Positions 24,701 through 41,739 of a DNA stretch of 64,000 nt are shown here, in pieces. The position numbers and the translations under genes are program-made. Source of the stretch: Rhynchobatus australiae (lineage: Eukaryota); assembly GCA_034780895.1 (NCBI GenBank), contig JAUZTB010000068.1, positions 7,905,753 through 7,969,752 on the forward strand, given 5' to 3'. Positions within the stretch are counted from its first letter, which is position 1. Every line of letters begins with the position of its first letter. A model generated the notes under the pieces. The model searched no databases, was not told the DNA's origin, and saw only the letters and a program-made list of their open reading frames with translations.

Positions 24701-26695
24701 ATAAAGTTGCATTTCCATATGCAGTGAAATTGCATATTACCTTTTATGTGAAGCTGGGTCTTTTTTAACACCACTGACTTTTACCCTTTTGTAGATTTCC
24801 TATTCACTAGACTACATACTTGGAAAGTATGGAATGGTTTTCCCCAAGTTTGTTAATAAGACCAATGGTCTTTGAGGCACCTGGTTTTGATATACAAGGA
24901 ATAACCCATATACAAAATCCAGAATTGAAGCAAATTTCTAGAAGACGAGGACAGAACAGTGAGAAAGGAAAACATAGTAGTTGAAACTTAAAACAGAAAA
25001 ATGTGCTGTGAATTGATTCATTTTGGAATAAAGAATAAGGAATAGCAATATAAAAAGGGGTGCAATTTTTTTTAAAAAAAGGCATTACCAAAATTCTAAA
25101 AGAACTGAGGAACTCAAGTAGATAAATTTCTGAAAGTAGCAGGATGTTGATAGGGAATGTTAAGCAGTTTATGGGCCACTTGGCTTTAAAAATTGATGAA
25201 TTTACACCACAAACATAATGAAATTAGGCTAAACCTTTAGGCCTCAGCTAGAATTTTGCATCCACTTCCATGGAAGTGTCTCTGAAGAGGATTCAGTTAA
25301 GATTTACGAGAATAATATCAAGATTAAGGGACCTCAGTTATATGGAGAGACTAGGGTACTTGGCATACTGTTCTTCAAAAAGAGGGAATGTTAAAGGAAG
25401 ATTTAAGTGTTCTACTGAACTCTACTAGTAGAGGTACTAGGCCCATCGTTGCACAGTTTCTACTGGCAGAGGAGTTAGTAAACAAGATACACAGGTTTTA
25501 AGTAATTGGCAAAAAGTACCAAGGTGAGGAGTACTTTACGTAGCATGATTTAGAGATCCGAATACAGTGTTTAGAAAGGTGGTTTCAAGAACACTTTTCA
25601 AAAGAAAAATAAATAATTGAAAAGAAAGAATTTTCAGGACCATGGGGAAGGAAGAGGACACTGGGACATTGCAGATCTCTTTTATAGAACTGCCACAGGT
25701 ACAATACATTAAATATTCCCCCTCCAGTGTTGAATGATTCCATGCCCTAGGTTAAACTCACAGAGATTAGCTGATAACCAAATATTTCTGATGAAATAAT
25801 TCAATGCCACAATTCTCAATGCCACAAGCCTGGACACCTGGAGAGCATGGCTGCAAATTCTTGACAAAAGTAATTCCCATCTCTTTCTTGCTTTCTTTTC
25901 AAATGTCTCATCCTTTTAATAAGCATTCAGTTGCACATCATCTTCCCGTTTATCAAAGTGAAATAAGTAGGTCACACACTGTCTCTCACAGCTTGTCACA
26001 AACTACCCTCGTACTTCCACAAGGCAAGCTGCCTTTGTTTCCCCACAGTCCACGTTTCAGGGACTGAATGCATTTTGCAGCTCATCACAATCTGAAGAGC
26101 ACTTTCACAACCAATTAAAGTCGCACATTTTGTGGCAACTCAACTAAAGAACAGAAATAGCAAAACACTTTCCATTTCAGGAAGTACATTGCATTTTCTG
26201 CCTTAAAGCAAATTCTGTTTTTCTTAGATAGGCCACAAAACCCACTGTACAGTGAAATTAACTTTTGGAAAGTGGGGACCTTATAAGACACATCCAGTGT
26301 TGCTAACTGCAAATTAGAACAACACTTTAATGTCAAGTATACAATCCAATTTTACTTAACAGTCCCAAACTTGTTCCACCCTTGGTAGTGATTGACCAGA
26401 TACCCCGCAGAGTTATGATTGGTGGAAAGATCCAATTAAACTGTAAAAGCACCAGTTGTACAATTGGAAACTGTAAAATATGGGTCACCCCAATCCCCCA
26501 TCTCACTGCATTACTGAAATTCTATGACAAGTATTAGGATAGTGATGGAGCAAGCATGTCTGTCATCCCAGTGATGCTTTGCCATTAATAAATCTACAAT
26601 AGAATGGACAAAAAGGATTACCCACAGAAATCAAAAGGCACGTTTCTTCTCAAAGTAATGAATTCAATGTAAAACAGCCAAAGTCTAAATGATCA

Positions 26696-26920
<225 letters not shown>

Positions 26921-27029
26921 TCAGAAAGATGGCTTACTCAGTGACTCTGTGCGTTTCAGCTATTTCTTAACTAAATCACAAGTCACGAGAAACTATGCAG
27001 CTATGCACATACTTAAATTGAGGTGGTGG

Positions 27030-27048
27030 GTGGATGGATGGATGGATG
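27030..27048. repeat. (GGAT)n short tandem repeat
   Basis: gtggatggatggatggatg. Confidence 0.7.
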
Positions 27049-28164
27049 ACAAATGTCACATCATATAGCTGAAGCATAGGTTGAAAATGTATTATTGAAG
27101 GGTATTGATGGATAATTGAAAGCATCAAATTGGGTTGGGGTAAGGAAGTGTAGTAGTCTCGGAGCATTAGCGAAGATACCCAAGAACAGTGGTGCTGATG
27201 GCCCAGGGATGCCAGAACAATGGGATTAAGGCTAAGGTCAGGGGAAAAAGCCACATTCTGCAATGACAGGGCATTTGTTACAATTCAGTTGGTAGCACAG
27301 TCTTCTCTACATCAAAAGATTAGCTACTGAAGTTCCACTCCCGAGATTAGGGTACAAAATTTAGTTCACCACAAGACTAAGGGAGATATTAGAAAAAATG
27401 AAGAGGGAGTAAAAAGTAAAAAGTAAAAATCACCCAGAGTAAGTGTGTACTGTTATTTTATGTTAAGTGCTTACCTATCAATAAGGTTCCGTTCTTAGAT
27501 GCCACAAACACTATTTTCTATTGTTAAATTTCCCTAGTACACATACAGATATATTTTTTGCACAGAATGCACTGCTTTACATCAATTAAGCCAGGGGACC
27601 CAATTGGAGCTCTACAGTCCAGAAATGCAAAATTGGTCATCCTAAAATTAAGAAACTCCCGCATTTCTTTTTATGACTGAAGGACACAGTAAAATTTCTG
27701 AAAAGTGGGTACTACCGATTATATGACATGAACATTGGTCAATTTAATTTTCTTTTTAAAGAGGGAAGCAAATGATTTTTATTAATAATTATAATCACAT
27801 TACAACTAATGCACAATGATAAGAATGGGTCACCTTCTTCCCACACAAGTTTCAAATGGCAGTATGACTTTAAAAGCATGTGGACTAACATCAAAAATTA
27901 AGGTAATTATGAGAGAGCAAATTAAAAACTTTAATTATCATGCCATAATGTTCCTGACTGAATTTCTCAGGCAAAGTCTTACCTTAATGTGTTACAGAAC
28001 AACAATAAATCCCAGAGCAGCACTAGAATTGGCTAATCTTGTAGTAATGCAGCAGGAGCAATCATGCATTAGTATGTAGAAGTGAAAATATTTTAAATGT
28101 TTACTACACATTGCCTCTTCCATCACAATGATAGCTTTGTATTATTCTAAAGTGCAGAGTTACA

Positions 28165-29290
28165 TAAAACATAGAACAGTACAGTATAGGAACAGGCCTT
28201 ATGATGCCAAGCTAAACCACTTCCATCTACATGCACATGGTCCGTATCCCTCTATTTCCTATCTTTTCACGTGTCTGTCTACATGCCTCTTGCACGCATC
28301 TGCTGCTACCACCTCCCCTGGCCGTGCATTCCAGGCACTTACCACTCTGTGTAAAAATACATTTCCTGTACCTCTCCTTTNNNNNNNNNNCACCCTGGGA
28401 AAAAACATAACTACCCCATCCATGCCTCTCACCCCTCAGCCTCCAACACTCCAGAGATAACAATCCAATTCGTCCTACCTCTCCTTGGAGTTAATACACT
28501 CCAATCCAAGCAACATCCTAGTGTGGTGAACCTCTTCTGCACCCTCTCCAAAGTCTCCACATTCTTCCCATAGTGTGGAAACCTGAACTGCACGCAATAT
28601 TCTAAATGTGGTCTAAATAAAGTTTTATACAGCTGCAACATGACGTGCCAACTTAAATACTCAACATCCCAACCGATGAAGGCAAGCATGCCGTAAAATT
28701 TATTTACCACCTTATCCACGTGTTGCCACTTTCAGGGAGCTATAGACTTGCACCCCAAGATTTTTCATATATCAATGTTCATAAGGGTCCTACCATTTAC
28801 TTTCCTCTTGTATTTGACCTGCCAAAATGCATCACCTAATTTGTCTGGATTAAACTCCATCTACCATTTCTCTATCCACATATCCAGCTGATCTATATCT
28901 TGCTGTATCCTTTGACAACCTTCCTCACTGTCCACAACTNNNNNNNNNNNNNNNNNNNNNNNNNNNNNNNNNNNNNNNNNNNNNNNNNNNNNNNNNNNNN
29001 NNNNNNNNNNNNNNNNNNNNNNNNNNNNNNNNNNNNNNNGCTGTATCCTTTGACAACCTTCCTCACTGTCCACAACTTCTTTAATTTACATGTCATCCAC
29101 AAACTTCTGAATCAGCCGACCTACATTTTAATACAAATCATTAATGTATATTACAAACAACAGAGGTCCCAGCACTGATCACAGACCCCCAATCAGAAAA
29201 ACACCCCTCAACCATTACCCAGTCTTCTATGACCAAGCTATTTTCGGATCCAATTCACCATGGTTCCCATGTGACTTAATTTGGTCTTCC
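28165..29290 (-). mobile_element. CR1 LINE 3' ~1.1 kb
   Basis: LYKTLFRPHLEYCVQFRFPHYGKNVETLERVQKRFT and VVDSEEGCQRIQQDIDQL. Confidence 0.92.
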
Positions 29291-29891
29291 AGCTACAGAC
29301 CTTATGATCTTCAAGGCTGAACAAGAAGTTCAACTATTTCCAAAGATCATCATTTCTGGCATCTTTATTTCAGATTTCCAACATTCCTACCACACTAATT
29401 TTGTACTTTGAGAAAATTAGTCTGCATTTACATCGCCTCTAGAATTTTTCTATCTTGCACCAACACATCTTTTCTCATTTAATTTCTCTTGTCCTCCACA
29501 GGCCTTCCGTGCTATTCTCTCCTGTTTAACTATTTACCTTCATATGCAAGATCATCGACCTGAAGTGTTAACACTCCCATCCACAAGTGCTGCATGACCT
29601 GCTGAGTATTTCCAGCATTTTTCGGATTTCCAAAGTATGCAATATTTTGATCTACATGCAAAGAATTTTGTTGAGTTGATAGACTTAAACATGAAAAACA
29701 AAATTAGGTAATTAGATTTAACAGACTACATGCTGGTATATCTCAGGAAAGAGCTACAAGCTAAAGAGCTCATTGAGTTTTAAAATCACCAAATGTCACT
29801 GCCTCCCTTCTATTCTCTCCTCCATTCCTCATCAGAAGACTAAAAGATGAACACGCTGCAACATTCACACCAGGCAATCAAACCAACCTCA

Positions 29892-30041
<150 letters not shown>

Positions 30042-32283
30042 CTAATGAAAGGAACTGTAACCACACTTATTCACTGCAAGTCCCACATTTGTGTTTTACT
30101 GTGCTGCCACAACAATGGATTAAATAGATTAAAAACTAGTCTCATGAACAATACATGTTTCCAGGAAGAACAAATCAATAAGCTCTTAATAAAACCAGTA
30201 TGTGTATTAGCTACTGATAATCAACCTGAATTAAAAAATTTAGTATCTTTCAAAAGGTCTTGTACTTTATCCTAAACAAGGTCTGTTCAGAAATATAAAT
30301 AAGCACAATCAATATGCATATAGGGTGACAAAGCACTGTTTGTAGTTATATGCTTTCTTTTTCATTATAAAGTGAAGCTGTGCCACAAAATGCTAAATAT
30401 AGATCACTTTAACAAAAATGCAGCGTTTTTACAGTGTATTCAGGCTACATCAGTTGCAAAGTACTGCGCTGAAAGTCATGACAAGTTGCATCACTGCATC
30501 ATGTCAAATTAGAAATTGAACTCGTTTGATTCAGTTGAGCCTTTTGGGAATGAATCTACCAAACTCATATGGTCTGGCCTATGTAACTCCAGACCCTTAG
30601 TGATGTGGGTTGACTCTCGTCTGCCCTCTGAAATGGCCATATCAAGCCATTCAACTCAAGGGCATTTAGGGAATGGACATGAAATACTAACCCTGGCAGT
30701 GATTCCCACAGCCTCTGAATAAATAAAAGAACATTTACAAGGTGCAAACTGCTTCACAATTGCTCTAGTGTAAATTTAAAGATCAGATCAGTCAAAATTA
30801 AGGTTAACATTGTTAAATAGAACTAGAATTACTACATCATGAGCACTAACAAAATTTATGGTACATTGCAGTCAAATTTAAATAATTGAGTACCATGCAC
30901 AATTATTTCAAAACTGAGCATTCCTAAAGGAAGCTAATGGTTAAGTTTTTCTGAGTTATTAATGGAATTAGTTTTTAGTAGTTTACTAGAAAAACGGCTC
31001 TATTCATTTTTACTGAATGTTCTATCCACAAGCAACCATTTTTTCCACCAAAAAATACATTTGTTTCAGCTCTTAAATATATCTCATCGGACCATTAAGA
31101 AAAGATTCATGTCCTAGAAAATGAACAGCAAAACAATGGTCTCTACTAAGATTTGACAGGTTTGTTTTTAAGATTTGGGTCTTTTTCTTTAATAAAAAAA
31201 AAAGACATGAAATTGCAACATGCAGATTAGGTTCTGCAGCAAGTAAAACTTCAAAGATTTGAGATGAGCCATTTGGAGGGCAATAAAAAAAAACACATTA
31301 AAAATAATACTATAGATTCTGAACTTGCAAAGACTGCAAGGAGCTAAAAGCCTTCTATTATAACTACCAATATCAAACCAGATGTAAGATGCACTCCTGC
31401 AGCCTGTGAAAATCAGCCAAGAATCCAGAATTCCAAACTCTGGCTTGATGTCTACAACAAAGGTCAGGTACAGGAATGAAGCCAAGAAGAGTAGAAATGT
31501 TCCAATTCAATCTTCCTTAACTTTTCAAGGTTGATTTAATTCAAACAAGAGAGGATTAACTTGGTGCAAAACGTAGAGCACAACCTTCCCCAGTAAGAGT
31601 TCTAACTGATGGTAAAGGAATTACTAATAATCGAGTTCCACCATAACTTAAATTCATGCAACTTTTGTCCTCTCTGAATGATTTTAACGTTCTTAGTGGT
31701 TACAACACCTTTACTTGTTCATTCCTCTGGCTAACACAAGCTCAAGGACTAAATTGAAGAAAGATTCATTTGACCAGATTCTCTCAAGAATGCAATTTAA
31801 CAACAGTGCTTAAAATGGATCCTTCATAAAGCAAAATGGCATGGGGGAATATTTCAATAGTTCTTTTAAGTGAGCTGCAAGATTGCTACCATCAATAAAA
31901 ACAAAGGAGCTGGAGGTAAAAACAGACTCCATCATGTTTAGTATGGACAGTTAAGTTTTATAGACCCTCTAATACATATCTAGGTTAGTCCACAAACATT
32001 TCATATTCCAACATTTATCAACCAAATTATGTTAAACTTTTGTAAATTCCAGTAAATGCCAATGGTTTACATTGATTGCAGCTTAAGGCTACCATTACCA
32101 CGAAAATGAAAGAAATTTTATAAAGCTTAAAATCAAATCCATAATTTTGACGATTAGGCCAAATTGAATTTTTTCCATTAAGAAAGCCATCTTCACTCAA
32201 TGTAAAAGTAAATTAGTGCTACTATCAAGAGTTACATAGCACCTCATTATTCTTTTTTTCCTTATCAAAGCACGATTTCTTTA

Positions 32284-32502
<219 letters not shown>

Positions 32503-32641
32503 TCAGCAGTTACCCATTCTATACTCCTAGTGTAGCAGGATTTACTGCAAGGGCCTGTGTAAGCCAAAATTAACCATCAAAAATAGGTAAATTAACAGTA
32601 ACCTTCAATGATGTAATCAAAACGGGGGTCACAACCAGTCA

Positions 32642-32956
<315 letters not shown>

Positions 32957-33699
32957 TCAGATATGCAATATATCTGCCAAAAACAATATGGTAATTTCAT
33001 TCCTGCCTGTGCAGCAAACCATTAAATATTCCACCCCACAGTCCAAGCAATGAAGATGTAATGATGGCTGTCCTTGTCNNNNNNNNNNNNNNNNNNNNNN
33101 NNNNNNNNNNNNNNNNNNNNNNNNNNNNNNNNNNNNNNNNNNNNNNNNNNNNNNNNNNNNNNNNNNNNNNNNNNNNNNTGGCAGGTATCATGTTGGTTTT
33201 TTCCTTGATTGTATGTACCTAGTTCATTTGAGTGTGTTTTATCCCTGCTGCGATTTTCCCCATGCTCACTATAAACCGTGTGTGTGTGATTCCAGTTACT
33301 GTTTTCCCACATTTGTCTTTTGTAAATAAAATCCTTTACTGACAGACTGTGTTCAGATTCCTTGCCTTTAAGACTCCTCCCTGCACCCCCTTCCCGCCCA
33401 AAACCTGTTTCCTCACTTACAACAACGTAGTACATTTTACAGCTAGTTTCGCTTTGGAGAAAGTCTTTGTTTGTTTATGGACTGAAACCTCATCCCATTT
33501 AGTTTTGTATTGTTGCTGCTCATTTTATTGTTGACTGAACACTGTGAAGCTCCCACATTGTTCAGTGCAATGTTACTGGATTGTCTACATTAAACCATAT
33601 CAATAGTGAACTATGTAGCTTTACTGTTTCGCACAGAAAACAGGGTCAGTAAAAATCAATGTTGTATATTATAAGAATCAATAGAGAACTATTCATGCA

Positions 33700-33980
33700 A
33701 GGCATGGTAGTGTACCGGTTAGCATATGCTTTACAGTGCCAGCAACCTGGGTTCAAATCCAGCCACTGTCTGTAAGAGATTTGTACATTCTACCCATGTC
33801 TGTGTGTTTCCTCCGGGTGCTCTGGTTTCCTCCTACATTCCAAAGGCATAGGGGTTAGAAAGTTGAGGGCATGCTACGTTGACGTCAGAAGCGTGGCGAC
33901 ACTTGTGGGCTCTCCCAGAGTGCACTACACAAAGATATTTCATTATGTTTCTATGTACATGTGACTAATGAAGATATCAA
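33700..33980 (+). mobile_element. V-SINE copy
   Basis: Colinear with 7308-7590, B-box ggttcaaatcc. Confidence 0.88.
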
Positions 33981-36789
33981 TGAATAATCTGCTTTTATTA
34001 CAGAACTGAGCGTATAGAGTTGATTTAGAGGGAAGTAAACTACGCACCTACAGTTAATTAGATTAGTTTTATAAATTACTCATTTAACGTGAAAGCCTCA
34101 GTGACTTCTCTTCCCATAAAAAAAATTCACATCCACACCAACTGATCAAAGCGCAACATCAGCAACCATCAAATCTTCAGTCCAGCTAATCTAGCGTTTG
34201 GAGTGCTGAAATATGGCAAGTTGTTGAGCACAGCATTTAGCTTCAAGTAAGAATAATTTTCAATTTGATGGGAGATGAAGCTACAGACAAAATACTAATG
34301 AACTGTGATGGAAGAAAGACTTGCTTTGATTGACAAAAGGTATTCTACTTTCATAATTTACCTTCTGTATTTTGACAGCTGTAGTAGCTAAAAGCAGCAC
34401 TGTCTGATGCAACACCACTTCAAAAGGTAAATCAAGTTATCTGTCCACTACTTAACTAGCAATATCCATAATGAACAGTCGAGTGTTAGGAGAAGATTTG
34501 CAAATAACCATATAAATCAGAAAGAAAGTCTGTGCACCTCTTTGGAACAGATTGCCTGGTTTAAATTTGAAGAGTACCCTTATAATTCTCTTTTGACAAA
34601 AAGGAAATAATGAAACATAAAATCACTTCTCATTTTATGTGCTGCTATACAGCCAAAGAAAACCTGTGAATTGATTTTTTTTCCTAAATGGACTCATCAA
34701 AAATGCAAATTGCTTAAAATACTGCATAAAACTGCTATACTATAATGGGTTATCTAAAAACTGTGCTTGGACTTGATTCTAGTTAATTTAATTACTTAAA
34801 AGGCTTGATTGCAGCTTGAAATATATGACCCTTCAGGGTGTTAGCCGACTTTCAGTCAGAAAGATCAGGTACCTCAGACATTATCCATATTATTTCTAGT
34901 GTATACCCATCAATAAAAGTGTTCATTATTCAACCTGAATTATCCAATTGAATTATCCAGTGCTGCTTCATTATAAAGTTACATTTTGGTTTATGTTACA
35001 TATGGGCTTACTTCAGAAGGAGCACTTTGTGATGGGCATGTGAGAAAGTATCTCAGTCCTATGCAATTATCAAGAACACTTTAAAAAAAAGGAACACTCT
35101 AGTAAATGGTAGTACTGCATTATTACAGATCTGGCATCCAGTTGGGATTATTTGGCATTTTTAAAAATTATATAAAGGAAGTACTCAATGGGAATACATA
35201 GCTTTTACTGCCCAGAAACAGCCCATTCTGCCCAGCCATCTGGTACTAGTCTTTCACACAAGCACCCTTCCATTTCTTATAGTGAAAAACTTACTTCATC
35301 TCAGCTTGTTGCTATGTGACAAAGTAAATGCCTCACTATAATAAAATAAAAAAAGTAGAGTACATGGCCCCTCGAGCTTAAGACATTCACATCATGGGTG
35401 ATCCTTAGGACCTAAAAACCTCAGCCATAAATGTTCTTTGTAACTGAGTGTGCACAGTCCAGCTTGAAGCAGAGAATTCCAAAGAGTTACCGCACTCAAG
35501 TGGAAAATAAAATCATCACTGACCGAGCACTGAGCCTGGGACTATTCCCTCAGCTTTAGGTTCTTCAGTTACAGGAAGTAGCTTCTTGGCATCTCTTTGG
35601 TCAGACACAGGTTTTAATAAAAGCACCTCTTATCCTCTAAACTCAAGTATAAGCACAATCTCACTCATTTTCTCCTCACTGATTCCTGGGATAAGGAGTT
35701 GTCCAGCCCAAGGAATTGAAACTGCAATAACTTCAAGGCAAGATACATTGTAAATCAGCTAGAGACATGCAGTAAACAAAGAGAAATTCAACCTTTGAAA
35801 TTATGCCTTAGATATACACTGTTTGAACTAATGAAGAGTCCCAGACCTCAAAAGCCCACACATTCTCCTTCCACAAATGCAAGAAACACTCAGCAGGCCA
35901 GACAGCATTTTCTGTTTTTATTTAAACTACCCGAGCACAATTACAACACCTGCTTCAATGTAACAATGTGGAAAATTGTCCTTGATATCCTGTCCACAAA
36001 GGGCAGGACAACTTCAATCTTAATTACAGTCTCATCAGTCTACATTCTAACATTAACTATGATTGAACGGGTTGTTCACAATGTTTTTGTGGGTCACTAA
36101 CTCACCAATAACCTGGTCAGTTTGGTTTCTGCCAGAACCACTCTGGCAGACTTCATTATAATTCTTCTTTGGAGATGGACAAAACTAGTGAATTTGAGAG
36201 GCAAGATTTAGCTTCTTTTACATCAGGACATCATTTGACAGAGTGTGGCATGAAGCGGCCCTGGTGAAACTGAAACCAATACAAATCAGGAGGGGAAGAG
36301 GTCATACTTAGCACTAAGGAAGATGGCTGTGGTTATTGAAACCTGCCACCCCGGTCCCAAAGAATGCTGCCTGTGATGCTGCTGCAAGCAATTTTTTCAT
36401 TGCACCTGTGTATACATGTACTTATGCATATGACAATAAACTTGATTTTGACTTAGCAGTATCCTGAACCCAACCAACTTCAACCACTTCAAAGAACTTT
36501 CCTCCAATCAATNNNNNNNNNNNNNNNNNNNNNNNNNNNNNNNNNNNNNNNNNNNNNNNNNNNNNNNNNNNNNNNNNNNNNNNNNNNNNNAAGCACACTG
36601 CCACTAGCAGAGTCATAACTAGCATATATGCCACGCATGTCACCTTAACAGGAGAGACCATTTTCATTTAACAGGTTTCCCATCAACAAAATCTCCCCCT
36701 AGCAATATCTGAACCAGCTACATAAATTGTTTAGACAGTAATTAGAAGTATTTGCAAATCATGTTTACCAATCCAAGAGAATTTTTGTT

Positions 36790-37905
36790 TTGCTGAGGAT
36801 AATGCTTTGTGGGACTTCCAGCAGGCTTTTGATAAAATGCCACATTACAGGCTTGTTAGCAAAGTTGAAGCACATGGTATATAAAGAACATGGATACCAT
36901 GGATACAATGTTGGCTAGATAACAGGCGAGAGACAGCTGTAGCAACTGGTTGTTTATCAGACTGGAGGAAGGTGAATCGCTGTTGCCTCCTGGGATAGGG
37001 CCATTGCTTTTTTTTAAAATAAAATCTTTGTTAATGACCTATACTTAAGGGTGCAAACCATAATTTCTAAATTTGAGGATGACAAAGCTTAGCATTTGTG
37101 AGAGAGTATAAACAGGCTGCTAAAATGGGCAGACAGATGGCAGATGTTTAATGCATAGAAATATGAGGTGATGCACTTTGGTAGGAAGAATAAAAAGAGG
37201 CAATACACAATAACAGATACTGTTCTAAAATTAATGCAGAAGCAGGGGACCTAGGGTATGTGTGCACAATTCATTGAAAATGGCAAAGCAGGTTGAGAAA
37301 ATGGTTAATAAGGCAAACACAGTTCTGGGTTTTATCAACAGAGGCACAGCTTGTAGAAGCTAGGAAGTTACACTGAACCTTTTATAAAACACTGGTTGGG
37401 CCTCAGCTGGAGTACTGTGCTTGGTTCTGGTTGCATCATTATTGGAAGGGTGTGAAGGCATTCGAGAATACAGAAACAAATTACGAGGATAATTCCTGGA
37501 ATGGGAGATGACAGTTACAAGGGTAGATTAGAGAGGCTGGGACTGCTTTCTCTGGAAGAGGACGAGAGATTTGATAGAAGTACATAAAAAGACGTAGGGC
37601 AGGGACAGGGTGGATAGTGGCACTTGGTGGAAAGATCGAGGACTAAATGTCACAGGTATAAAATAAAGTAGTTAAAGAGATGCAAGGATTTTATTTTCTC
37701 TGCGCAACATGTGGATGGAATCTGGAATCTTATGGTGAGGGCAGGTTACATTGTGGATTTCAAGAGGGGGTTGAATGAATACATGATGGAGAAAATTTAC
37801 AGGGTTACAGAGAAAGAGCTGGGAGGTAGAACTAGTAAGATGCTCTGAGAGAGAGCCAGTGAAGACATAGGCTGAATGGACTCCTTCTGTGCTGCAACCA
37901 TTCTA
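36790..37905 (+). mobile_element. Degraded CR1 LINE RT/3' fragment
   Basis: gacttccagcaggcttttgataaaatgccacat (DFQQAFDKMPH) and aaaacactggttgggcctcagctggagtactgtg (KTLVGPQLEYC). Confidence 0.85.
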
Positions 37906-38266
37906 CAACTCCACGATAAATACTGTTGCCACAAGAGTGAATCAGAGGTTGAATACCCTGCTACTTTCCATCATCTACCCAGCAGAAGTCAGGTGCATGA
38001 GGACGTGCTCTCCCACCTGACTGAATGCCTTCAATACCAAGTATACCAGAGGTTATACCATTAAGGATGAAGCTGCCTGTTTGATCATAACCCCATCCAC
38101 TACATTAAGCACACATATTCTCCACCACAGCATAGCCAGGCTGTGTACAATCTACAAAATGCACTACAGTAGTTTGCCAAAAATCCTTGGGCAGCAACTC
38201 CAAAACAATCTAGCCATTTAATTATATCCAAGAAGTTTTAAATCAGCAGGATAGGCTGAGATTCTA

Positions 38267-38660
<394 letters not shown>

Positions 38661-39005
38661 TTATTTACTTTTCAAAACTAACAGCAAATTAAGCGTGCAA
38701 GCCTCCACTTGCTCTGATTAATCATCCATAATTAAAATATTTACAAATGTAATTATAAAATATTGACACAGAGGACAGAAAGGCTGAGAAAAGCAATTGT
38801 TAAATGACAACGCTGACACTGTGCAGTGACGCAAATCCCTCGAGCACCTCTACTGCAATGGAAAAATACAAGTTGCTTAATATGCAACTAGAGTGATGGG
38901 GAAACAAGATCCAGCATAAACTTATCACTCACAAACTGACACCAATTTGTACACTAATCAGTGGCACGAAACATTTGTCGTGATTAAGTTCCAATGTGCA
39001 TTTTA

Positions 39006-39164
<159 letters not shown>

Positions 39165-39421
39165 TCATTCCATTCCCCCCCCATTCCACTGTTATGTTAA
39201 ATACTCTAGACCACTAGCACTTTCACTGTGTTCAGAGAAAAAACATTGAATCAGTAATTTCATACTGTTTCTGCAATGTTGAGTATGCATTTTCCTACCA
39301 TTGCACAAGATGCAAGTTACCAATTGCAGTAAAGCAATAAAACGCCATCAAGTAAACTGAGTCATACTGTTTTTCATTTTGACCAAGAACCAACATTTTG
39401 CTGATAAGGTAGCAGCAATAC

Positions 39422-39495
39422 CTGGGTGGATTAGCTTCCAATTCCTGGAGCTTCTCTTCAAGCTTCACCTGGGCCTCTGCAAGTTCATCATATTC
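39422..39495 (-). CDS. KDM1A: KDM1A exon 12: EYDELAEAQVKLEEKLQELEANPP
   Basis: 74 nt, ttccag / gtattg. Confidence 0.98.
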
Positions 39496-41739
39496 CTGGA
39501 ATGGATTCAAATAAAATGAACTGGTCACATAATAAAAAGGAATTTAGTGGGACTGTGTGGAATGAATAAGCTGCGTTCCTGCAACCTGGTTGGACTCTGG
39601 CCCAGACTGACAGACTGGAATGTCATCTCTGAATTTCCAAAGTCTAAGAGGACAGAAACTTCAATCCAGATTCCACTGACATGAATATAGCTCTATCCCA
39701 AAAACCTGCCTGGACCCAAACTCAAAAATAATACTCTACTTCACAAATATTAATTGTTTCTAGATACTGCCTTTAATATCCTGCAAGTACATAACCAATA
39801 CTCTTGTATCAATCCACAGTACCATCTACTTCAAAAAACAATTTTAAACAACAATAACTTGTGCTCATACAACTGCCCCAGACTTGATGAAATGCCCCAA
39901 GGTGCACAACGTGAGTATTACTGTACAGAAATTGGCAAAATTTAACATCAAGCAACAAAAAGAGAAACCAGACAAATAACAAAACACTTTGCAAATTGGC
40001 ACAGGATCTTTTTGATCAGAATTGAATGTGTGGCTCAATGATTAGTCTGAGAGAAATGGGTTTCAATTTATGGAATGCTGGCATCAGCATTGGAAGTTGT
40101 CTTGATGGGTTGGGACCAGTGCCTGAGCAAATCAAACAATTAAGTCCAAGGACAAGGCTTTAAATTAAACAGTGATTGTGGGGGAGAGCAGGGGAAATTT
40201 AGAAAGTAAAAGAGAAAGGGCAAAGTAATAGTGCAGGTAGTAAAACAGATAATGATAACCAGAGTCTATCAGCAAGGAACAGAGCATACAGACAGAAAAA
40301 TAGACCTCCAATGCTCCAAACGGAATCAGAGGGAAAATGGTTAAAAAAGACAAAGCTGAATGTATGCAGTGATCATAATAAGATATGAATTAAATGGCAC
40401 AAATAGAATTAAATGGATACAATCAAATAGCCAATACAAAGACATAGTTACAAAATGACCCAGGTTGGAAATTAAATATACCAGGATACTTAATTTTTAG
40501 AAGAGATAAATCAATATGGAAAAGAATGAGGTGTGGTCCAACATAATAACAAAGGGGATAAAGGCAGCAGAAAAAAAAAGTGCAAATAGAGCTAATAAAC
40601 AGCCAGGAGCAGAATATTTTAGAGGGAATTATCTATATGTCCCCCAGCAATAGTGATAATTTTGGGCATTGATTAAATCAGAAATTAGACTCACATATTA
40701 AGTATGAACAACTTAATCATGAGAAACTTTAATCTACATAGACTGGGCAAACCAAGTAAGCAGCAATTAAACGGACAGCAAATTCAAGAGTGGAAAAGAA
40801 ATGGCTTTCTAGGTCAGTTTGGTGAGGAACCAATGAGGAAACTGGACATTTTAGATCTCATACTGTGTAACAAAATAGAGTTCATTGATGATTGGTTGTC
40901 GAGGGGTTTCTGAGAAAGTGATCAAAAATGAAAGAATTTTCTGTGAAGCTTGGAAGTAATTTAGTTCAAACTAAAATTGGGGTCTTAAACCAAAACAAAG
41001 CAACTACAAAAGTATGAAGCACAAGNNNNNNNNNNNNNNNNNNNNNNNNNNNNNNNNNNNNNNNNNNNNNNNNNNNNNNNNNNNNNNNNNNNNNNNNNNN
41101 NNNNNNNNNNNNNNNNNNNNNNNNNCAACTACAAAAGTATGAAGCACAAGATGGTTATGACAGATTATGTTAATTCTTTTAACTATGTTAAAAGTTAAAA
41201 CAATAAACAAGCATTAATACGTAATTTACAACAAATATACAATAAAAGGCTGGTGTACAAGATAACAGCTCACAGTACTGAGGGGAAGTGTGTTAGCATG
41301 GATTGAAGTATGCCTTCCATATGATAATCAGAGAGTCAGAATAAATGGCTTTTTTTGTTCAGGCCGGAAGGAAGTAACATGTGAAGTGTCCCAAGAATCA
41401 GTGTTCTTGGAAGACAGAATACCAGAACTACTGGAGAAAAGGTCCAATGCAAATGAAGAAAGCATGTATTAGTGAAAAACAATGTGAAGATGTTAAAAAT
41501 CCTGAAAATTGATAAATCCTCAGGAGCTTGGATGCAAAGACCAGAGTTTTGATAGAGGTGATTACGTGTAGTACTTGGATCATCTTCCAAATTTCAATAG
41601 ATTCTGTAAGAGTTCCTGCGGATTGAAAAGTGGAAAGTGTGACCCCAGTATTTAAGAAAGGAAGATACAAAAGAAATATAGGGAACAAATTGACCTGTCA
41701 GCCTGTCACTGATAATAGGGAAAATGATGCAGCTCCCTA